Assembly (NCBI GenBank): GCA_963828165.1
Contig: CAWHDR010000005.1
Span: 64,001-128,000 of the forward strand
Reading direction: 5' to 3'
DNA from: an uncultured Chloroflexia bacterium
GTDB taxonomy: Bacteria > Chloroflexota > Limnocylindria > Limnocylindrales > CSP1-4
Length of the DNA stretch: 64,000 nucleotides
Below are positions 58,927-64,000 of this stretch, in pieces; positions within the stretch are counted from its first letter, which is position 1; each line of letters starts with the position of its first letter. The notes under the pieces were generated by a model. The model was not told the origin of the DNA and did not search any database. It saw only the letters and a program-made list of their open reading frames with translations. Made by a program: the position numbers and the translations under genes.

Positions 58927-59747
58927 GGAGTCGTGACCTCGGCGATCCGCTCGCCGATCTCGGCGCAGCCGGGGCCGGGCGCAAGGTGGATGAGGAACTC
59001 GCGATTGCCCTGGGGACCGAGGATCGGTGAGGCGATGACCGCGCGCGTGCCGAGGCCGTGTTCCGCCGCCACGGCGACGATCCGCTCGATTACCTCGCGG
59101 TGGATCTCCGGATCGCGCACGACGCCGTGGTCCGTCCGGCCCTTGCCCGCCTCGAACTGCGGCTTGACCAGGGCCACGATCGGCGCTTGCGGAGCAAGCG
59201 TGCTGACCACCGGCCCGAGCACCTTGTCGAGGGAGATGAACGAGACGTCGACGACCGCGAGATCCATCGGCTCCCGGAACGTCGCGCCGGTCAGGGTCCG
59301 TGCGTTCGTTCGCTCCATCGAAGTGACCCGTGGGTCGCGACGGAGCCGCTCGGCGAGCTGGCCACGACCGACATCGAGCGCGTACACGTGCCGCGCGCCG
59401 CGCTGGATCAGGACGTCCGTGAACCCGCCCGTCGAAGCCCCCACGTCCAGGACGGTCAGCCCGGTCGGGTCGATCCCGAACGCGTCGAGCGCGGCTGCCA
59501 GCTTGTGCCCGCCACGGCTGACGTACGGATCCGGCTGGGCCACCTCGATCGCGGTCGCGGGGTCGAGCGCGTCGCCGGGCTTGTGATCGAGGCGCGCCCC
59601 GTCACCGTCCCCGACCCGGACCTTGCCCGCCAGCACGAGCGCCTGCGCGCGGCTGCGCGTCTCCACCAGCCCGCGCTCGACCAGCAGCTGATCGAGCCGG
59701 ACGCGCGCGCTCCGGCGCTTGGGTCTGGCGACGGGATCCGGGGTCAC
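58923..59747 (-). CDS. tlyA: TlyA family rRNA 2'-O-methyltransferase
   Basis: S4 domain, YVSRGG.KL, DVGASTGGFT, DVSFISL, KPQFE, GNREF. Confidence 0.95.
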   Translation of the reverse strand: MTPDPVARPKRRSARVRLDQLLVERGLVETRSRAQALVLAGKVRVGDGDGARLDHKPGDALDPATAIEVAQPDPYVSRGGHKLAAALDAFGIDPTGLTVLDVGASTGGFTDVLIQRGARHVYALDVGRGQLAERLRRDPRVTSMERTNARTLTGATFREPMDLAVVDVSFISLDKVLGPVVSTLAPQAPIVALVKPQFEAGKGRTDHGVVRDPEIHREVIERIVAVAAEHGLGTRAVIASPILGPQGNREFLIHLAPGPGCAEIGERIAEVTTP

Positions 59748-59801
59748 GCCCGTATCGTGGCACAGCCCGCTCTCCCGGGGCTCAACGACGGGTCGCGCGG
59801 G

Positions 59802-61850
59802 TCAGCTGGTGGCGACCTCGGAGCCGGAGCGTCCCGGCGTCGCCTGCATCGCCGCCAGCGCCTCGCGCACCTGGTCGGCGAGACCCGGGGCATCGAGGCG
59901 GAGCAGGCGACGGAGATCCGCCACGGACCCGTGATCGACGAACCGGTCGCCCGGGATCCCGACGACCCGCACCGGCACGTCGCGGTACGACGGATCGGCC
60001 AGGCGTGCCTCCTCGAACAGCTCGAGCACGCCGCTCCCAAAGCCACCGGTCACGACGCTTTCCTCGAAGGTCACGACAAGTCGCTTGCCGCGCGCCGCGT
60101 CCAGGATCAGCTGCCGGTCGAGGGGCTTGGCGAAGCGGGCGTTGATGACACCGATCGACCACCCCTCCGATTCGAGCGCCGCCGCGGCCTCCACGACCCG
60201 CGCCACGATCGGCCCGAACCCGACGAACAGCAGGTCCCGGCCCTCACGCAACGTCTCGGCCTGCCCGACCGCGAGCACCGCCGGCTCCACCGGCGCCAGC
60301 CCGAATCCGGCATCGCGCGGGTAGTGCAGGGCAAACGGCCGATCCTGGGCCAGCGCCGTGTGCAGGAGCGAACGCAACTCCTGCTCGTCCTTCGGCGAGG
60401 CGATCACGAGGTTCGGCAGCTGGCGCTGGGCCGGCAACACGAACATGCCCTGGTGGCTCGTGCCGTCCTCGCCCACGAGACCTGAGCGATCGACGGCGAG
60501 CAGGACCGGCTGATCGTTCTGGCAGACGTCGTGGACGGTCTGGTCGAACGCGCGCTGAAGGAACGTGGAATAGAGGGCCACGACCGGACGCATGCCGCCC
60601 ATCGCGAGGCCGGTCGCCAGCGTGACTGCGTGCTGCTCGGCGATCCCGACGTCGAACACGCGATCCGGGAACACCTCGGCGAACTTCGACATCCCGGTCC
60701 CGGTCGGCATGCCCGCGGTGATGCCGACGATGCGGCGATCCGTCCGGGCGAGCTCGATCAGCTCTGCCGCGAACACGGCCGTGTAATTCGGGTGCTTCTT
60801 CGGTGCTGCGGGCTCCGGGGTCGGTGCCGCCGCGTCGTCGGCCATCGTTTCGGTCGGCATCGAGGCGGGGGCCGCGACCATCGCCTTGGCACTGCTCTTC
60901 GCCTTCGATCCGTCGTAGGCGTCCGTCTGCGGCGTGAGGGCCATGGGCGGCAGTGCGGCGCCGTGGAAGCTGACCTGATCTTCGATCGCCGGCCGGAAGC
61001 CGCGGCCCTTCTGCGTGCGCACGTGCACGATCGTGGGCCCCGGCAGCGAAAGCGCGGCACCGAGCGTTTCGATCAATGCCCGAAGATCGTGCCCCGGAAC
61101 GACGCCGATATAGGTCAACCCGAGGTCCTCGAACAGCTGACCGGGCTGGGCGAACCGGACCACCGAGGCCCGCAGTCGCTTCGACAGCTCGAGGATGTGC
61201 GGGCCGAGGACGGGCACGCGTTCCACGGTCCGGTCGTATGCGCTCTTGCTCTGGCGCCAGGCGCTCGACAGCTTGATCTGCGAGAGGTACTTCGAGAACG
61301 CACCGACGGTCGGGCTGATCGACATCTCGTTGTCGTTGACGACGATCAGCATCTGGGTCTGACGCTGGCCGATGTCGTTGAGCGCCTCGAGCGAGAGACC
61401 GCTCATCAACGCCGCGTCCCCGACGACGACCGCGATGCGTTCCATGCCATGGCGCAGGTCGCGTGCCTCCGCGAGGCCCTCGGCGATCGAGAGGCCGGTT
61501 CCGGCGTGGCCACCGTCGAACACGTCATGGGGCGACTCGCTCCTGCGCGGGAAGCCACCGACGCCGTCGAGCGCGCGCAGCGACGAGAAGCGGGCCAGAC
61601 GGCCGGTCAGCAGCTTGTGCGGGTACGCCTGATGGCCGGTGTCCCAGACGATCCGGTCGCGCGGCGACTCGAGCAGCCGGTGGAGGGCGATCGTCAGCTC
61701 CACCACCCCCAGTGACGAACCCAGGTGACCGCCGGTCTCGGCGACGGTGCGGATGATCGTGTCGCGGATCTCGGCGGCCAGCTGCGTCAGCTGCGTCTCG
61801 GACAGGCCGCGCAGGTCGGCGGGGCCTTGAAGCTCGGAAAGGATGGACAA
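59802..61850 (-). CDS. dxs: 1-deoxy-D-xylulose-5-phosphate synthase
   Basis: GGHLGSSLG, WDTGHQ, GDAA...NDNEMSI, DVGIAEQH, YSTFLQR. Confidence 0.97.
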   Translation of the reverse strand: MSILSELQGPADLRGLSETQLTQLAAEIRDTIIRTVAETGGHLGSSLGVVELTIALHRLLESPRDRIVWDTGHQAYPHKLLTGRLARFSSLRALDGVGGFPRRSESPHDVFDGGHAGTGLSIAEGLAEARDLRHGMERIAVVVGDAALMSGLSLEALNDIGQRQTQMLIVVNDNEMSISPTVGAFSKYLSQIKLSSAWRQSKSAYDRTVERVPVLGPHILELSKRLRASVVRFAQPGQLFEDLGLTYIGVVPGHDLRALIETLGAALSLPGPTIVHVRTQKGRGFRPAIEDQVSFHGAALPPMALTPQTDAYDGSKAKSSAKAMVAAPASMPTETMADDAAAPTPEPAAPKKHPNYTAVFAAELIELARTDRRIVGITAGMPTGTGMSKFAEVFPDRVFDVGIAEQHAVTLATGLAMGGMRPVVALYSTFLQRAFDQTVHDVCQNDQPVLLAVDRSGLVGEDGTSHQGMFVLPAQRQLPNLVIASPKDEQELRSLLHTALAQDRPFALHYPRDAGFGLAPVEPAVLAVGQAETLREGRDLLFVGFGPIVARVVEAAAALESEGWSIGVINARFAKPLDRQLILDAARGKRLVVTFEESVVTGGFGSGVLELFEEARLADPSYRDVPVRVVGIPGDRFVDHGSVADLRRLLRLDAPGLADQVREALAAMQATPGRSGSEVATS

Positions 61851-62064
61851 AGTCGGAGCGCTCCTGTGCTGTCCCCTCGCGGCAGTCTACTGCGGCTCGG
61901 TCGCCAAAGGGCCCGCGAGGGCCGCCAGCATGATAGGTGATACCTCCACGGAGCAGGTTTTCAGCGACCGGGTGGGTGGACCCATGCCCTGACGGATGGG
62001 TCGTCGCGTTTGGAACGGCGTCCTCCCCGGAACGCCCGCGCGCATCGCGATCGGCCGGAGCTCG

Positions 62065-62334
62065 TCAGCTCTCGTCGACGCCGCCTTCGGCCGTCACGTC
62101 GATCGTCTCGAGGCCACCGGGCTTGGCGACGAGCTGGCGCATCCGGAGCTCGGCGCTCCGGAGCAGGGTCTCGCAGCGCTCGAGCAGGGCCGCCCCTCGC
62201 TCGTGGAGTGCCAGCGTGCGCTCCAGCGGGAGGCCGCCAGTCTCGAGCTCGGCGATCGTCCGCTGGAGCTCGGCCAGGGCGTCGTCGAAGGTCAGATCGT
62301 CGATCGGCGGCGCCGCGTCAATCGGTTCCGTCAC
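62065..62334 (-). CDS. xseB: Exodeoxyribonuclease VII small subunit
   Basis: LTFDDALAELQ.TIAELETG.LPLE...ERG..L...C...L..AE. Confidence 0.92.
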   Translation of the reverse strand: MTEPIDAAPPIDDLTFDDALAELQRTIAELETGGLPLERTLALHERGAALLERCETLLRSAELRMRQLVAKPGGLETIDVTAEGGVDES

Positions 62335-62470
62335 CGGCATCCTCATCCTTGGGTTCGGAGACCCGCTCGCTCATGCGCCCGATGCGGGGGGCGACCAGCA
62401 TACCGACCACGACCCCGACGATGGCGACGACGGCCACGAACCCGACGAAGACGAGCAGCTCGCCGATCAC
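62318..62470 (-). CDS. Small single-pass membrane protein (50 aa)
   Basis: GTG overlaps the xseA TGA; MIGELLVFVGFVAVVAIVGVVVGMLVAPRIGRMSERVSEPKDEDAGDGTD*. Confidence 0.6.
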   Translation of the reverse strand: MIGELLVFVGFVAVVAIVGVVVGMLVAPRIGRMSERVSEPKDEDAGDGTD

Positions 62471-64000
62471 GTGGCGTCCGCCTCGTCCACGGTCGCGGCG
62501 ATCTCCCCGCGCGCGACGCGGATGCGCAGCCCGGTACCGGGTGCCGTCTCGCCCGGGTCTCGGACGATCGAGCCGTCCGGTTCCCGCCGCACGATGGCGT
62601 AGCCGCGCTCGAGCGTGGCGGAAGGACCCAGCACGGCCAGGGCCGCGGTCGCGGTGTCAAGCGACGAACGGGCGAGCGCGACGCGTGTGGCCGACTGGCG
62701 CGGCAGCGACATGGCGGCCGTCTCCAGCGCGGCCCGGGCGGCGCTCAGCCGAGCTGCGGTATGGCGCGGCAGGGCGATGGTCGCGGCGTCCAGCCGGAAG
62801 CGCTCCCGCCCCAGGCGGGCCTCGACGGCGCGCGTGGCGCGGTCGAACAAAAGGCCGACCTGCTCTCGGGCGGCCGCCAGACGCGCGGCCGGGCTGACCC
62901 GGTCCAGCGCCCGTCGCTCCACGACGAGGTCGCGTGCGGCCGTGGCAAGACGACGTTCCGTGGCGGCACCGAGGCGATCGGCGGCCCGACGCAGGGCGCC
63001 GGCCATCTCGAGCCGGTCGGGCACGACGATCTCGGCGGCGGCCGATGGCGTGGGCGCGCGAACGTCGGCCGCGAAATCGGCCAGCGTGACATCCACCTCG
63101 TGGCCCACGCCGCAGACCACGGGCATCGGGTGCGCCACCACCGCTCGGACGACCCGCTCGTCGTTGAACGCCCACAGGTCCTCCAGCGAACCGCCGCCGC
63201 GGGCGAGGATGGTCACGGCTGGGGCGTCGTGGTCGCGGCCCTCCTCGCGGCAGTTCGCGGCGTAGCGCTCCACGCGACGGAACGCGGTCACGAGGCTCGC
63301 GGGAGCGCCCTCTCCCTGGACGCGCGCCGCGACGAGAACGACCCGGACGAGCGGCCAGCGGCGGGCCAGCACGTGGCTGATGTCGCGCCAGACCGCGCCG
63401 GACGGGCTCGTGATCACGGCGATGGTCGCGGGGCGCACGGGCAGCGTGCGCTTCCGGGCCGTGTCGAACAGCCCCTCCGCCGCCAGGCGGGCCTTGAGCG
63501 CCTCGAACTTGAGCGCGAGGTCCCCGAACCCTGCCGGCTGGATCGAATCCACGTACAGCTGCATGGCGCCGGTCGGCTCGTACAGGTCGATGCGGCCGTG
63601 GACCACCACGCGCAGCCCGGCCTGGGCCTGGAACGCGCTCCGTCCGCGGTCGTCGCGGAACCAGACGCACTGGAGCTGGTTCCGATCGTCCTTGAGGGCG
63701 AAATAGGCGTGGCCGGCGGACGACACCGTGACCCGCCCGATCTCGCCCTCCACCCACAGGTCGACGAGCCGGGGATCCTGGCGGACCGCTGCGCGAACGG
63801 CGCGGGTGACTTCGCTGACCGCGAGGATCCGGAGCCCGAACGTACCGGGCGCGGTACCGCCCGCAGGCGTGCTCAGGCCAGACTCGCCCGGTGGCGTGGA
63901 TGATCGCCCAGAACGTGTCCGAGGCGGGGTGTCGTCGGCATCCGAGACGGCGTCCCAGCCCGGCAGGGCCCAGTCCGGCGGGTCGGAACCGCGCGCGCTC
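62467..64000 (-). CDS. xseA: Exodeoxyribonuclease VII large subunit (5' end probably beyond the window)
   Basis: LAVSEV, VEGEI, GHAYFALKD, VITS.SGA, RGGGSLEDLWAFNDE, GHEVD, TPSAAAE; the frame is open to the window edge. Confidence 0.95.
   Translation of the reverse strand, partial: SARGSDPPDWALPGWDAVSDADDTPPRTRSGRSSTPPGESGLSTPAGGTAPGTFGLRILAVSEVTRAVRAAVRQDPRLVDLWVEGEIGRVTVSSAGHAYFALKDDRNQLQCVWFRDDRGRSAFQAQAGLRVVVHGRIDLYEPTGAMQLYVDSIQPAGFGDLALKFEALKARLAAEGLFDTARKRTLPVRPATIAVITSPSGAVWRDISHVLARRWPLVRVVLVAARVQGEGAPASLVTAFRRVERYAANCREEGRDHDAPAVTILARGGGSLEDLWAFNDERVVRAVVAHPMPVVCGVGHEVDVTLADFAADVRAPTPSAAAEIVVPDRLEMAGALRRAADRLGAATERRLATAARDLVVERRALDRVSPAARLAAAREQVGLLFDRATRAVEARLGRERFRLDAATIALPRHTAARLSAARAALETAAMSLPRQSATRVALARSSLDTATAALAVLGPSATLERGYAIVRREPDGSIVRDPGETAPGTGLRIRVARGEIAATVDEADAT

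Noticed and set aside
56339-58984. Long N-terminal extensions of RecN, IspH, ScpB, EtfA, GpsA and MoaC in the ORF track
   Set aside because: They overlap upstream genes; coupled or leaderless downstream starts explain the true genes.
61900-62010. TPP riboswitch upstream of dxs
   Set aside because: It lacks CTGAGA and GAACCTGA-N-TAAT-N-GCG-AGG; only a partial AACCTG is present.
1-64000. Many long antisense or alternative-frame ORFs (e.g. 13787-16990+, 19055-21919-, 29128-31680+, 2521-4872+, 46795-48969+)
   Set aside because: They are shadow ORFs expected at high GC: Arg/Pro/Gly-rich, without motifs, and overlapping well-supported genes.
1-64000. CRISPR array, cas genes, rRNA, transposase, phage structural genes
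   Set aside because: No regularly spaced repeats or recognisable motifs found by eye.

Overview
A high-GC (roughly 70% by eye) bacterial chromosomal segment. Gene content and protein style suggest Chloroflexota, possibly Limnocylindria-like; this is an inference, not a verified assignment. Most of it is minus-strand core operons: xseA-xseB-dxs-tlyA-nadK-recN-xerD...scpA-scpB-rluB-cmk-plsC-ispH-der-gpsA-tRNA-Pro; lit-like/S2P-moeA-moaC-mog-FeS oxidoreductase; acyl-CoA dehydrogenase-etfB-etfA; nrdR-dcd-MBL hydrolase; and a peptide SBP-peptidase-DUF881x2-DUF951-MFS-asparaginase-amidohydrolase run. cysS and a glutaredoxin-ccdA-tlpA cluster are on the plus strand. Two accessory stretches lie 3' of tRNA genes. 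The one at ~13.6-19 kb (tRNA-Arg) holds a three-enzyme glycan-modifying fusion and an AlkZ-like glycosylase. The one at ~36.3-45.5 kb (tRNA-Pro) holds an SLH protein, an ECF sigma/anti-sigma pair, duplicated DNA-ligase fragments and pseudogene debris. I saw no CRISPR array, rRNA, transposase or phage integrase. About six probable single-base frameshifts suggest sequencing indels. The best leads are: a glycosyltransferase carrying a CysRS-like C-terminal domain next to cysS; an unassigned ~140-nt bistable or pseudoknotted RNA upstream of cysS; tandem NrdR boxes in front of nrdR-dcd; and the pyruvyltransferase-GT8-TylF fusion.
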